From Verrucomicrobiales bacterium (GTDB lineage Bacteria > Verrucomicrobiota > Verrucomicrobiia > Verrucomicrobiales > V1-33), in contig JANOAV010000035.1 in assembly GCA_031411295.1 (NCBI GenBank), positions 32,001 through 96,000 on the forward strand: a stretch of 64,000 bases of DNA, given 5' to 3'. A model generated the notes under the pieces. That model was given only the letters and a program-made list of their open reading frames with translations. It had not been told where the DNA came from and searched no databases. Position numbers and translations under genes: made by a program. This document shows, piece after piece, positions 1-10,084 of the stretch. Position 1 is the stretch's first letter; each line of letters starts with the position of its first letter.

Positions 1-85
1 CACCAAAGAACGCCCACGCGGAAAATCCGGCACAGAACAGAACTGCAATCGTGATGAAAAAAATGTGGAAGCCTTTGAGGGACAT
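1..85 (-). CDS. Small membrane protein of the oxidase operon (5' part only, runs off the window)
   Basis: Not in the ORF track. ATG at 85 reads MSLKGFHIFFITIAVLFCAGFSAWAFFG, hydrophobic, starting 12 bp after the subunit IV stop. Confidence 0.7.
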   Translation of the reverse strand, partial: MSLKGFHIFFITIAVLFCAGFSAWAFFG

Positions 86-97
86 GAGATTGGGAGG

Positions 98-469
98 TTA
101 CTTTTTGAAAACCATGTTGTGAGTTTGATCTGCCGGAAGCGGGTCCTTCTGCGCAGAGAGGAACAAGAACATCATCACGGCAAAGAAGATGGAAGTGAAA
201 ATCAGGAACTTGAAAATGATCGTCTTCTCGTTTTTCAAGTGCATGAAGATCAACGCTACCAGGGAGCACTTGAACGTAGCGATGGATAAACCGAGGGTGA
301 TGTTGGCCCAGCGATGGTGGAGGTCAAAAACATCCATGAAGGCGGCTCCGACAGTCAGAACCGTGCCACCGAAGAGGATTGCCCCGACGATGAGATACGT
401 CTTGATGTGGGCGGACCAATCGTGATCATGGGGATCGCCAGGAAGGGTGGGAGAAGTAGAATCAGACAT
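98..469 (-). CDS. Cytochrome c oxidase subunit IV (caa3-type/Cox4 prokaryotic family)
   Basis: Three TM helices, K-x-x-LV-x-x-x-FMHL motif (KCSLVALIFMHLK), follows subunit III. Confidence 0.88.
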   Translation of the reverse strand: MSDSTSPTLPGDPHDHDWSAHIKTYLIVGAILFGGTVLTVGAAFMDVFDLHHRWANITLGLSIATFKCSLVALIFMHLKNEKTIIFKFLIFTSIFFAVMMFLFLSAQKDPLPADQTHNMVFKK

Positions 470-490
470 AGAGAAAGAGATGAGGTCAGC

Positions 491-1927
491 TTACATCAAA
501 TAATAGAGCGGGAACAGGAAGATCCAAACCAGATCGACGAAGTGCCAGAACAACCCACCAACTTCGATACGGTTGGCCAGCTGATCAGGATTCGTTTCAT
601 ACATTTTACGTCCGGTGCACAGGAACCAAAGCAGCACTGCGGCACCACCAATCACGTGCAGACCATGCAGACCTGTCATCATGAAGTAGATGGCGTAGAA
701 GTTGTTGTAACGCGGGGTAAAATTTGAGAAGAAGCGCTTGTCGGCCCGGTCAATTTCGATCAGTTTGCTGTGATCCAGACTGTGCGCCCATTCCTTATCG
801 TCCTCATCGTTGTAGCGGTCTGCGCGGCGGGTAACGTCTTCATCGCCAGTGGATTTCACTCGATCTGCGGCATCCACCTTAATGTTGTTGAAGAGCCAAG
901 GCTTGTGTTCTTTTAATTCCTTAAGGCTCTTCTCGCGCGAGGCGAAGAACTTAGCCTTCATGTCCTCGCCCAGGTATTTCCAGGCGGTGGATTTGTCCAT
1001 GTTTTTGGCATGGCGGAGATCAATGCAGTCCGGAATGAATTCGATGGAATCGGTTACCAGCTTCCCAGTTACTTTGGTTTCCTCCCGAAAGACCAGTGAG
1101 CCTTTGTCATACGAAAGCAGATCGCGCTCTCCAACCTTCAAGAGTAATGGCTCTCCGACAACTTCTAAAGTGACGCTTTCAGGCACCGTTAGCGGTGGAC
1201 GCTGATATTCTTTATTTCCCGCATCCAAGGCGGCACGCTCTAAGGCATTGGCCGCTTTATGGGCGGTCATATACTTGGCACGCTCCTCGCTGAGCCAGGC
1301 CTTAGTCAACTCAACTTCCTTACCATCCTGAGTCTTCACTTTGATCGGGTCCTTCCCCTCCACGTCATGGTAGAGATGTTCCCCTTCCACGGGATGGTGT
1401 TCATCAAATTTAGCGTTCTTCTCCACCCGGTAATCCAAGACCCGCAGGTCAGAGCTTGGGTTCTTCAGGGAGATGGTAATCTTGTTGACTTCGCCAAAGA
1501 CAATTTTGTCGCCTTGTTTGCTGTGACCCACGTGGCCTTCCATGATGGTGCCATCAGTCAGGGTGATTCCGTAGTGGTGGAATTTACCCCAGTATTCGTA
1601 GGATTTTAGTCCCATGAAGGCCACCGCGCAGAGGATGGTGATGGCCAAATACATCTGATATTTGCGGTATTGCCGCATCTTCAAGGAAGCCCACGCCATC
1701 ACCACGGTGACAGAGGAGAAGATCAGGACAAAGGTATTGGTCAAGCCGGGCCAAACGATGAGGTCATGGAACGGCCAAGCGAAGTCAGCCCCCACTCGCA
1801 GGAAGATGTAGGATGAGAACAACCCGCCGAAGAGCATTACTTCAGAGGCTAGAAACAGCCAGATGCCAAGCTTGGGGTTGGCCAGTCCGGTATCGGGACG
1901 TGGTTGAACGGTATAAGGAATCTCCAT
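491..1927 (-). CDS. coxC: Cytochrome c oxidase subunit III with a large soluble insertion
   Basis: [26 protein letters not shown] and [13 protein letters not shown] motifs. Start reassigned to ATG 1927 (MEIPYT). Confidence 0.92.
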   Translation of the reverse strand: MEIPYTVQPRPDTGLANPKLGIWLFLASEVMLFGGLFSSYIFLRVGADFAWPFHDLIVWPGLTNTFVLIFSSVTVVMAWASLKMRQYRKYQMYLAITILCAVAFMGLKSYEYWGKFHHYGITLTDGTIMEGHVGHSKQGDKIVFGEVNKITISLKNPSSDLRVLDYRVEKNAKFDEHHPVEGEHLYHDVEGKDPIKVKTQDGKEVELTKAWLSEERAKYMTAHKAANALERAALDAGNKEYQRPPLTVPESVTLEVVGEPLLLKVGERDLLSYDKGSLVFREETKVTGKLVTDSIEFIPDCIDLRHAKNMDKSTAWKYLGEDMKAKFFASREKSLKELKEHKPWLFNNIKVDAADRVKSTGDEDVTRRADRYNDEDDKEWAHSLDHSKLIEIDRADKRFFSNFTPRYNNFYAIYFMMTGLHGLHVIGGAAVLLWFLCTGRKMYETNPDQLANRIEVGGLFWHFVDLVWIFLFPLYYLM

Positions 1928-1967
1928 TGAGAAATGAAAGTGAGAAGTGGAAGAGTGAAGGAATGTC

Positions 1968-3857
1968 CTAGTGGGTGTGGGCAGGCGCTTTCGGCGTCTC
2001 GGGCAATTCTTTGGCACCGTGAGCCTTTTCGTAATCATTTAACGGAGCCCACTGAGGAATGAAGTCATCGGTGGTTCCAGGAGCGGCGTATTCATAAGGC
2101 CCGCGGTTGGCCACGGGTTCGATGAGGAAGTTGCCATGGGGAGGAGGCGTGGGAGTGGCCCATTCCAAGGTCGTGGCGCGCCATGGATTATCATCGTTGA
2201 CCTTTTTGGCGAAGAAGATGGTGTAAACCAAGTTAATGATGAAGGGCAACTGGGCGGCAGCCAGCCAGAAGGCTGCACTCGACATCAACCCGTTGAGGTG
2301 GAGGTATCCCTTGGAGGTTTCTGGGAAGCCAAGACCACCGTTATACCAGCGACGGTGAAACCCAGCCATCCCCTGCCAGAACATCGGGGCAAAAATCAGG
2401 TTCATACAGATCAGACTTGGCCAAAAATGCAGGTGACCGAGGAAGCTATTGAGCTTCTTACCGGACATTTTAGGGAACCAATGATAAATTCCACCGAACA
2501 TGGCGAAGATGGTTCCTGGAGCTACCACGTAGTGGAAGTGACCGATCACGTAGTAGGTGTCATGCAAGTAGAGGTCGATCATGTTGAAGGCCAACGGAAG
2601 ACCCGTCAGACCACCGATTCCGAACATGGGAAGGAACGCCGTGGCCCAAAGCATGGGCACCGTAAATCGAATCGACCCACCCCACAGAGAAATCATCAAA
2701 CAGGTCAGCAGGATGACCGAGGGGACGGAAATCATGACCGTAGTAAACTGGAAGAACGTGGAAATGGATTGACCCATGCCGGTCATATACATGTGGTGAG
2801 CCCAGACGATGAAACTGAGGAAGCCCAGCACGAGCACGCCACCGACCATGGATTTATAGCCCCAAAGCGGACGACGCGTATTGGCTGGAATAATGTCAGA
2901 ACAGATGGCGATGCCAGGAAGAATCAACACGTAAACTTCAGGGTGGGCCAGGAACCAGAACAAATGCTGATAGAGCAGCGGGCTGCCACCACCGGAAATG
3001 TCCAGGTGCTGGCCGTTGACATACAGGCCAGTGGGGAGGTAGAAGCTGGAACCGAAGACCCGGTCGGACAATTGCAGCAAGGCGGCTACTTCGAGTGGTG
3101 GGAAGGCCAGCAGCAGAAGGAAGGCAATGACCATCATGGCCCAGGAGAAGAATGGCACCCGCATCCAAGTCATGCCCTTGGCCCGGAGATTCATGACCGT
3201 GGTAATGAAATTGACCGCGCCCAACAAAGAAGCGCTGATGTTGAAGACCATCGCAAGCAGCCAGATCGTTTGTCCGTGCAACCACGGGTTTGGCGAATGA
3301 GCACCCACCGTGGATGCCAGGGGAGAATAATTCGTCCAACCCGATTGAGCAGCACCTTCAGGGACGAAGAAACTGCCAAACATCAGGATGCCGGAAACGA
3401 GGAAGAGCCAGAAACTCCACATGTTCAACCGGGGAAAGGCCATATCGACTGCGCCCACTTGGAGCGGCATGACGAAGTTACCAAAAGCGGCCACACCCAG
3501 TGGCACCACCCCGAAAAACACCATGATGGTTCCGTGCATGGCCCCAAACATATTATAGAGCGTGCCATCCATGACCCCGTTGGGAGCCCATTGATCCATG
3601 AATCCTTTACCGAACATGCCCAACAGCGTGCGAATCCACACTGGCATGATTTCACCTGGATGCGCGATGCTCCAACGCATGGCAATCATCAAAATAAACC
3701 CGATAGCCAGGAAAATCAGACCGCAGATGCCATACTGCATGCCGATCATTTTGTGATCGGTGCTGAAGACATATTTCCTCAGGAAAGATGGATTGTGGTG
3801 GTCATCATGACCATGGTCATGATCGTGGGTGTGATCGGCGTGGGCAGCAGCACTCAT
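1968..3857 (-). CDS. coxA: Cytochrome c oxidase subunit I, A-family (A1-like HPEVY)
   Basis: STDHK, MHG, HPEVY, WAHHM and GHFHY: all six His ligands and the cross-linked Tyr are present. Confidence 0.97.
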   Translation of the reverse strand: MSAAAHADHTHDHDHGHDDHHNPSFLRKYVFSTDHKMIGMQYGICGLIFLAIGFILMIAMRWSIAHPGEIMPVWIRTLLGMFGKGFMDQWAPNGVMDGTLYNMFGAMHGTIMVFFGVVPLGVAAFGNFVMPLQVGAVDMAFPRLNMWSFWLFLVSGILMFGSFFVPEGAAQSGWTNYSPLASTVGAHSPNPWLHGQTIWLLAMVFNISASLLGAVNFITTVMNLRAKGMTWMRVPFFSWAMMVIAFLLLLAFPPLEVAALLQLSDRVFGSSFYLPTGLYVNGQHLDISGGGSPLLYQHLFWFLAHPEVYVLILPGIAICSDIIPANTRRPLWGYKSMVGGVLVLGFLSFIVWAHHMYMTGMGQSISTFFQFTTVMISVPSVILLTCLMISLWGGSIRFTVPMLWATAFLPMFGIGGLTGLPLAFNMIDLYLHDTYYVIGHFHYVVAPGTIFAMFGGIYHWFPKMSGKKLNSFLGHLHFWPSLICMNLIFAPMFWQGMAGFHRRWYNGGLGFPETSKGYLHLNGLMSSAAFWLAAAQLPFIINLVYTIFFAKKVNDDNPWRATTLEWATPTPPPHGNFLIEPVANRGPYEYAAPGTTDDFIPQWAPLNDYEKAHGAKELPETPKAPAHTH

Positions 3858-3905
3858 GGTAATTTTTCCGGTTCTGGATGGAGAATTCCGTAAAGGGTTA
3901 GAAGA

Positions 3906-4649
3906 TTATTTGGCGGCCGGGGCCGGGGCGTTGGCAGGGGCCGGAGCGGCACCAGCGGCGGGAGCAGCACCGCCAGCGACAAGCGGTTTTTTGCTGGGAG
4001 GAAGGTTGGCGTCAGCCGGGATCTTCTCCAAGTCGGCAAAAGGAATTGGACTTGGCAAGGCGGAGATCTCCGCAGTGTAAGCTTTGATCTGATCATCCAT
4101 AATGAACGAGCCCTTATTGCTCCAGTTATTGCGCACGAAGGAGAGCACTTGCGCCAACTGTTTGTCGTTTAAATTTACGCCACCTTTGGCATTCATCACG
4201 GCAGTGCCGTAAGTGGTTCCTTTGACGTGGATCGGTCCCATCAGGCCTTTCAAGCCGATGGTAGCGATGCGCTTTTCACCACCCACAACCCATTCGGAAC
4301 CGTCCAGTGGCGGGATGCCAGCAGAGGCATTTCCCAGACCGTTCGGCTGATGGCAGCCTTGGCAGGCGGTGCTGTAAACTCCGGCTCCATCCTTGAGCCA
4401 CTTGACGTCTGGTGGGGTGGTGTCCTCAGCAGCTCCAGTATTTTTAGGGCGCTCTGCCTTGGGCGCTCCAATGTTGGCCCCGATGAATCCGCCCGCAAAG
4501 ATAAAAACCGCAGCGGAGAGAATCAACGGGAGATTGCTCAAAGGCGCTTCGTGGGTCGGTTGGACGACGTTTTCACGGGCGGCAGCTGAATGGGCCCGGG
4601 CCACATTCATGGTGGGTTGGGCATCGATGTTGTCGTTTGGTTGGCTCAT
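3906..4649 (-). CDS. Membrane-anchored monoheme cytochrome c
   Basis: One TM helix, CQGCH, PPLDGSEWV, distal Met region, Ala/Pro tail. Confidence 0.9.
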   Translation of the reverse strand: MSQPNDNIDAQPTMNVARAHSAAARENVVQPTHEAPLSNLPLILSAAVFIFAGGFIGANIGAPKAERPKNTGAAEDTTPPDVKWLKDGAGVYSTACQGCHQPNGLGNASAGIPPLDGSEWVVGGEKRIATIGLKGLMGPIHVKGTTYGTAVMNAKGGVNLNDKQLAQVLSFVRNNWSNKGSFIMDDQIKAYTAEISALPSPIPFADLEKIPADANLPPSKKPLVAGGAAPAAGAAPAPANAPAPAAK

Positions 4650-4674
4650 GGCGGCAAAGGAACAGGGTGGGGAA

Positions 4675-5412
4675 TTATTTCGCAGCGGCTTTCTTCTCGG
4701 CTACGGTTTTGCCGCTGATAGAGATCGGCAGGGGGAGGTCACGTCTCAAGGCCAGAAGATATTCTGCCAGGGCTTTCGCGTCACTAGTAGGAACGACTTG
4801 TTTGCCGTCTGGGATGCCTGCGTTCTTTACTCCGTCCACTCGTGGCTGGCCTTCAATCTCAACTTCATCGTAGAGGCTATGAAAGCTGGGGTGATTGGAC
4901 CAAGCACGCACGCTCTTGGGGGCAAACAAATATTGATGCAGTTCGGCTTCTGATTTGAAACGATATCCTGCATTGGCGAGGTCCGGCCCGATCCGTCGTT
5001 GCCCGATCATGGCGAAATCTTCTCCGAGATAATCCCACGGAGTGGATTCGCGTGTTTCCGTCAGTCCTTTGGCCGTTTGATCTGCACCCCAACCCTTTTT
5101 GAATTGGTCAACTCCATTGGCGCTAACACGAATGATTTGGGTGTGGCACTGGGCGCATCCCAGACGGGCATACACTTTTTGCCCGCGGCTCTTGGACCCC
5201 ACGGTCGCAGCAGGATAAACCACCCCTTTCAAATCAGGGCGCTCATAGAACTCGGTATCCACTTCCATTCCGAGATCAGGATGGGTGTCCGCAGAAGAAT
5301 ACGGAATGGGCTGACGAGCGCGTTCTTCCGCATAAGGCTTGAGCACCAGAGCGAAGGCTGGCAAGCCGAAGCAAGCGGCCAGACCGAGAATGAATTTGGG
5401 CAAACTTTCCAT
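4675..5412 (-). CDS. cbb3-type oxidase subunit II (CcoO/FixO)-like cytochrome c
   Basis: GCAQCHTQ and RRIGPDLAN motifs. Start taken at ATG 5412 (MESLPK). Confidence 0.85.
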   Translation of the reverse strand: MESLPKFILGLAACFGLPAFALVLKPYAEERARQPIPYSSADTHPDLGMEVDTEFYERPDLKGVVYPAATVGSKSRGQKVYARLGCAQCHTQIIRVSANGVDQFKKGWGADQTAKGLTETRESTPWDYLGEDFAMIGQRRIGPDLANAGYRFKSEAELHQYLFAPKSVRAWSNHPSFHSLYDEVEIEGQPRVDGVKNAGIPDGKQVVPTSDAKALAEYLLALRRDLPLPISISGKTVAEKKAAAK

Positions 5413-5440
5413 GAGTGAAATCAGTCGTTGAGCGGTTTGA

Positions 5441-6940
5441 TTAAGCGGTTTCGGCACCTTCGTGGGTCATGACCAATTCGGCATGATCCACCTCGGGTTC
5501 GGGGTCTTGAATCATGGTGGGAGCGCCCGCTTTGCGGCCCTTGTTCATCACCATGAGAGCCAGGTGGCTGAAGAAAGAAAGGTTGGCCACGAGGACCAGC
5601 ATCCAAGCCACTGCGGTGCCAGTGCGGAAGCCTTGGCCGAAGGTGATGGTTGCTTGCATATCCCGGTTCCATTCGTCAATCGAGGCGCCATACCACAGGC
5701 CACTCGCCAGCAGCAGCATGCCAATGGCCACGCTGCCGTAGGCGGAGAACCAAAAGTGGAAGCGAATGCGCGAACCGCTCACCCACTCACACCCAGTGAC
5801 TCGGGGAACGATGAAATAAATGGCACCAAACATCACCATCGAGAAGAACATATAGATAGCGAAAAAGTGCGCGGCATCCTGCGCATAGGAGAACTGAGCG
5901 AAACGCCCCACCGAGGCCGTGGTCAGCAGCGCCATGATACAGCAGGAAATGCTATAGCCGATGGCCCCGAAGAAGGTGAACCGGAGGGTGGCGCTATATT
6001 GGACCAAATTATGGTTCCCGCGCACCGTATTGAAGTGGTTTACGGCCACCGCAATGACTGGAACCAGCAGGAGGATTTGCGCCCCACCGGAGATGGCAGG
6101 CATCCACCGAGGCAGCGGTCCCCCGAGCAGTTCCTGCATGCCGGTCCATCCGCCCAGAGCCAGCAGCGTCCAGAAGGCCAACTTAGCCAATTGGTAACTA
6201 TAAATAGCCTGACCAGTGATTTTGGGAATAATGTAGTAGGCGGCTCCGAGGGCCACGGGAGCAAACCAAAGGAAGGTTAAATTCCCCGCATACCAAGAGG
6301 CGATGGCAGGGCCCATGACCCCAGTCCCTTTAAGAGTATTGATGATGACATTGGCAATGAGATACATCCATGGGAAAGTGAAGCAAGCCGCCAGCAGATA
6401 CCACTGGGAAATGAACACCTCACCCTTGCGACGGGCTTGGAACATAATGACCATCCACACGGTAATGAGGAGGTAAGCGGTAAGCAGGATGGGCCAGGCG
6501 ACTGGCGGCATTTCCAGCCACTTAGCGGCCGTGCCGTAGCCGCCGAGGATGCCAGCTACTCCTACGAGCACACCCAGATTCCAGAAATGACCGGCTACGA
6601 CGACCGTGATGGGATTCTTCAGTTCGGTGCGGCAGAGGCGAGCCATGATCCAAATCATGACGCCAAATCCAGCCTGCATGGCCCAACCGTAAACCAAGGC
6701 GTTAATAAATGCGGGCTGCGTCCGGCCAAAATTCGTCCACTCCCAATCCAGGAAATTTGGCGCAAACGCTTTGATGGAGGAAAGCAACCCCAACAAAGTG
6801 GCCACGATGAGCCATGCGGCGGCACTGGTGAAGAAAAACAGCACGGGCAAACGCGTCGTCTTATCAATCGCAGCCCGCTGAATCACGTCTTCCGGCGTGC
6901 TCAGATTGGGTCGCGGGGGCAAGGTAGCTTCCTGACTCAT
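5441..6940 (-). CDS. cbb3-type oxidase subunit I (CcoN)-like membrane protein lacking the metal-ligand histidines
   Basis: About 12 TM helices with CcoN landmarks (FGRxxP, WLEMP, YIIPK, IYSYQL, IYFIVPRV, HFW). Start at ATG 6940 (MSQEAT). Confidence 0.85.
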   Translation of the reverse strand: MSQEATLPPRPNLSTPEDVIQRAAIDKTTRLPVLFFFTSAAAWLIVATLLGLLSSIKAFAPNFLDWEWTNFGRTQPAFINALVYGWAMQAGFGVMIWIMARLCRTELKNPITVVVAGHFWNLGVLVGVAGILGGYGTAAKWLEMPPVAWPILLTAYLLITVWMVIMFQARRKGEVFISQWYLLAACFTFPWMYLIANVIINTLKGTGVMGPAIASWYAGNLTFLWFAPVALGAAYYIIPKITGQAIYSYQLAKLAFWTLLALGGWTGMQELLGGPLPRWMPAISGGAQILLLVPVIAVAVNHFNTVRGNHNLVQYSATLRFTFFGAIGYSISCCIMALLTTASVGRFAQFSYAQDAAHFFAIYMFFSMVMFGAIYFIVPRVTGCEWVSGSRIRFHFWFSAYGSVAIGMLLLASGLWYGASIDEWNRDMQATITFGQGFRTGTAVAWMLVLVANLSFFSHLALMVMNKGRKAGAPTMIQDPEPEVDHAELVMTHEGAETA

Positions 6941-7032
6941 GGTAGTGGATGAAATGGCAAATTTAACGGTGAAAATCACAAAAACAGGGTCGCACAGAAC
7001 AGTCTGCACCCCATCATTCGACCGTAAATACT

Positions 7033-7056
7033 CGCTTGTGAAAAATTTCACAAGCG
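7033..7056. promoter_or_regulatory. Rex-type operator (TTGTGAA-N4-TTCACAA)
   Basis: cgcTTGTGAAaaatTTCACAAgcg, a palindrome with perfect 10-bp arms ~95 bp upstream of the respiratory operon. Confidence 0.75.
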
Positions 7057-7232
7057 GAATTCTAAAAAAGTTGTCGCGGCCTGCATTCCTCATCTGCGCG
7101 GGCTCGGTGCAGGGTGTTGGCCGCACTTCTCGGCTCCTCAATTCAGCACTCGCAGCGCACCACCCAGGTCACATTAATGGGTGAAATATGATCTGTCCGC
7201 GCTTAGGGTCAGGAGGTTCATATTAGGAAATC

Positions 7233-9338
7233 ATGATGCGCGGTTTGAGAACATTGCTTTGGGTCGGTTGCGGTGGCAGTTGGTTCGGCCAGTCTGTCCG
7301 GGCCGGAACCGCTGTGCCCATGACTGTGGGAGAGGCCACCTTCCAGAGCGAATTAGCGGGAGACATCACCCACGTGGTGGACGGTCAGGATACCGGAACT
7401 CAAGGCTGGGGATTAGCGCCCAGACTCAGTGAACCCCAATCCTTGGTCCTGCGAATGAAGGAGCCCGTGGCAGCGGAAGAGGTCAATCTAACACTCTGTT
7501 TCCTCTCCGGTAAACCAGGCAGTTTCCCTGCGATCTGGTCCATTTCCGGCACCGCCGAGATCAATCCCAAACTGAACAGCCTGTGGGAACCGCTGCGGAT
7601 CATTTCTTCCGCCGCCACTGGCCCCACGTTGGAAGTGCTGGCGGGGGGACAATTGGCCGCGGGTCCGGTCAGCAGAATTGCGGGAGACGCGGTGTTCCAA
7701 CTGCGCGTTGCCCATTCGGGCCCGCCCTTGACCGGACTGCGACTGGAGGTTTCTCCGTGGCAGGAGGGGTCGGAGTCGGAACTGCGCTTGGGGCGGGCTC
7801 CTGATCGCGATTTTCTCCTCACCGAATTTAGGGCTGAAACCGTTGAACTCGCCACGACCAATGTGGCGTTGCATCGGAAGGTGATTTCCTCGCCTGAGGC
7901 CTACCGTTCCCTGCCAGTGGAAAATCTCACCGATGGCCTGCCCGGAACGTTTTCCCACCCCGCCAAGCCGAATCTGGGGCCCGCCTTTTCGTTTACCATT
8001 GATCTGGGTGCGGTGCGGACGATTGACCACTTTGCCTTGCGGAATCGCGGAGACGGAGCGGTGCCAGATCGGTGGTCCAAGGGGCTGCTGGAGTTCAGCG
8101 ACAGCATCGATGGTCCCCCCCGTTGGACGGAAAAAGTGCGCGCCGACGGGTCTTATTTAGAAGTCGGGGGCGTGGATGTCATACCCGCCCAGAAAGGCAA
8201 AGGGGACTGCCGCGGCCAGTTTTTGCGCATCTCCAGCACCAACTCCGTGGCCTACTCTCCACAATTGGCTGAAGTGGAGGCCTACGAAGAATTGGTGCCC
8301 CACCTGACCGAAGCCCGGGCGGATGGCAAGCCACTGGACTTGCGCAACGTGCTCTCCATGCCGTCCGGGAGCAAGGTGTTGGACCTCGTATTTAAATATC
8401 CTCGCAGCGGTTTGCCGAAGAATTTGCCGATCCGCTGGCGACTGCGGGGGTTCCATGGCGACTGGCAGCTCACTGACGGCCTCTCGATTCAAATACCGTT
8501 GCCCGATCCCGGTCGCTATCATTTCCAAGCTCAGATCCAGCATTCTGACGGTATTTGGAATACCGAATCCCTGCTCGTTCCCATGGAAATTTTACCCCAG
8601 TTCTGGCAGACGAGGTGGTTCTATTGGTCCTTGGCCGGGCTGGCGGCTCTGTTTGCGGTCCGACTCTACCAGCACCGATTGGACCATCGGGCTCGCCATC
8701 TGGAAGCCAAGCGTCGGGCCCGCAAAGCCCTCGAAGACGAGCGCACGCGCATTGCCCGGGATATGCATGATGATCTGGGTGCCCGGCTCAGTCAGCTAGC
8801 CATGCTGCATGAAATGTTCCTCGTCGAGCACCCGATGCTCCCCGCCGCCACCACCAGCATGCAGCAACTCACCGCCAACGCCCGCCAAGCCGTCGATACT
8901 CTGGACCAGGTCGTCTGGTCTGTGAATCCCCGCAACGACACCCTGACCAATGTGGCGGACTACCTAACTCATTGCACCACGAGCTATCTGAACCCCCTCG
9001 GCATCACCTGCCGCATCGATGCCCCCTCGGAATGGCCTGACTTAACCGTGCGTGCCCAAACTCGCCACCAACTCATTCTCGCCTTTAAAGAAGCCCTGCA
9101 AAATCTTGCCAAACACGCTGCGGCCCGCGTCGCCACGCTTCAGCTCGAACTCGCAGACACCCAATTCACCGTTACCCTCAAGGATGACGGCAAAGGCCTG
9201 CCTGAGACCCTGGACGGAGTCGAAAAGGACGGACTGGACAATATGCAGGCCCGCTTGCAGAGTATCGGAGGCACCGCCGAAATTATCTCCCATCCCCCCG
9301 GCGGCACCATCGTCCGTTTCACCCTTTCACTAACATAG
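7233..9338 (+). CDS. Sensor histidine kinase (HisKA_3 type) with extracellular discoidin-like and Y_Y_Y-like domains
   Basis: ERTRIARDMHDDLGA, EALQNLAKHA, DDGKG, GLDNM; TM near aa 465; NVALHRKV...TDG discoidin-like segment. Confidence 0.9.
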   Translation: MMRGLRTLLWVGCGGSWFGQSVRAGTAVPMTVGEATFQSELAGDITHVVDGQDTGTQGWGLAPRLSEPQSLVLRMKEPVAAEEVNLTLCFLSGKPGSFPAIWSISGTAEINPKLNSLWEPLRIISSAATGPTLEVLAGGQLAAGPVSRIAGDAVFQLRVAHSGPPLTGLRLEVSPWQEGSESELRLGRAPDRDFLLTEFRAETVELATTNVALHRKVISSPEAYRSLPVENLTDGLPGTFSHPAKPNLGPAFSFTIDLGAVRTIDHFALRNRGDGAVPDRWSKGLLEFSDSIDGPPRWTEKVRADGSYLEVGGVDVIPAQKGKGDCRGQFLRISSTNSVAYSPQLAEVEAYEELVPHLTEARADGKPLDLRNVLSMPSGSKVLDLVFKYPRSGLPKNLPIRWRLRGFHGDWQLTDGLSIQIPLPDPGRYHFQAQIQHSDGIWNTESLLVPMEILPQFWQTRWFYWSLAGLAALFAVRLYQHRLDHRARHLEAKRRARKALEDERTRIARDMHDDLGARLSQLAMLHEMFLVEHPMLPAATTSMQQLTANARQAVDTLDQVVWSVNPRNDTLTNVADYLTHCTTSYLNPLGITCRIDAPSEWPDLTVRAQTRHQLILAFKEALQNLAKHAAARVATLQLELADTQFTVTLKDDGKGLPETLDGVEKDGLDNMQARLQSIGGTAEIISHPPGGTIVRFTLSLT

Positions 9339-9348
9339 ACCCATCCTC

Positions 9349-9975
9349 ATGGCCATTCGCGTATCCATCATTGAAGACAATCTGCCTTTCGCCAAAACCC
9401 TCCAGAAATGCCTGGAATCCAGTGCCGCCAGCATAACCGTGCAAGCGATCTATCCCACGGCCGAATTGGCCGTGGCAGAACTTCCCACCCACCAGCCAGA
9501 CCTCGCCATTGTGGACCTGAACCTCCCAGGGATGAGCGGCATCGAGTTCATCGCCCGCCTGAAATCCCAGTGCCCGAAAGTGCTCTACCTGGTTCTCACC
9601 ACTTATGAAGAATCTAGCCTCATTTTTGACGCGCTCAAGGCCGGAGCCTGTGGTTATCTCCTCAAGCGCACCCCGCCCTCCGAACTCATCAGCGCCATCG
9701 TCCAAGCCACCGAAGGCGGATCACCCATGTCCCCGCAAATCGCTCGGCAGGTGGTTAACTTTTTCCACAAAGCCCCCCGCAACGAGAAACTGGAATGCCT
9801 CACTGAGCGCGAATTATCCGTGCTCGACCACCTGGCGCAGGGCGCCATGTATAAGGAAATTGCCGATCGACTCCAGATCAGCATCGATACCGTCCGGACT
9901 CACTTGCGCAAGATTTACGAGAAACTTCATGTGCATTCCCGCACCGAAGCGGTCCTGAAGTATTTGGGACGTTAG
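9349..9975 (+). CDS. NarL/LuxR-family response regulator
   Basis: IIEDN, VDLNLPGMSG, GYLLK; C-terminal LTERE...YKEIA...IYEKLHV HTH. Confidence 0.95.
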   Translation: MAIRVSIIEDNLPFAKTLQKCLESSAASITVQAIYPTAELAVAELPTHQPDLAIVDLNLPGMSGIEFIARLKSQCPKVLYLVLTTYEESSLIFDALKAGACGYLLKRTPPSELISAIVQATEGGSPMSPQIARQVVNFFHKAPRNEKLECLTERELSVLDHLAQGAMYKEIADRLQISIDTVRTHLRKIYEKLHVHSRTEAVLKYLGR

Positions 9976-10084
9976 TGCCACTAGCTACTTTGAAAATGCC
10001 GAGCATCGGCGGCACGGTCTCTCTTGACGACTGGCGGGTTCCGTCTATGGGTAGCGCCCCTTAATAACCTAAATCAAATTGTCT

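Noticed and set aside
2136..3893. 585-aa plus-strand ORF and the many similar antisense ORFs (e.g. 10187-11224, 28768-29991, 56279-57424)
   Set aside because: Shadow frames of well-supported genes in GC-rich DNA, with no motifs.
9976..10084. CIRCE or sigma54 site before htpG
   Set aside because: No TTAGCACTC-N9-GAGTGCTAA; the ggcacg is not followed by a correctly spaced TTGC.
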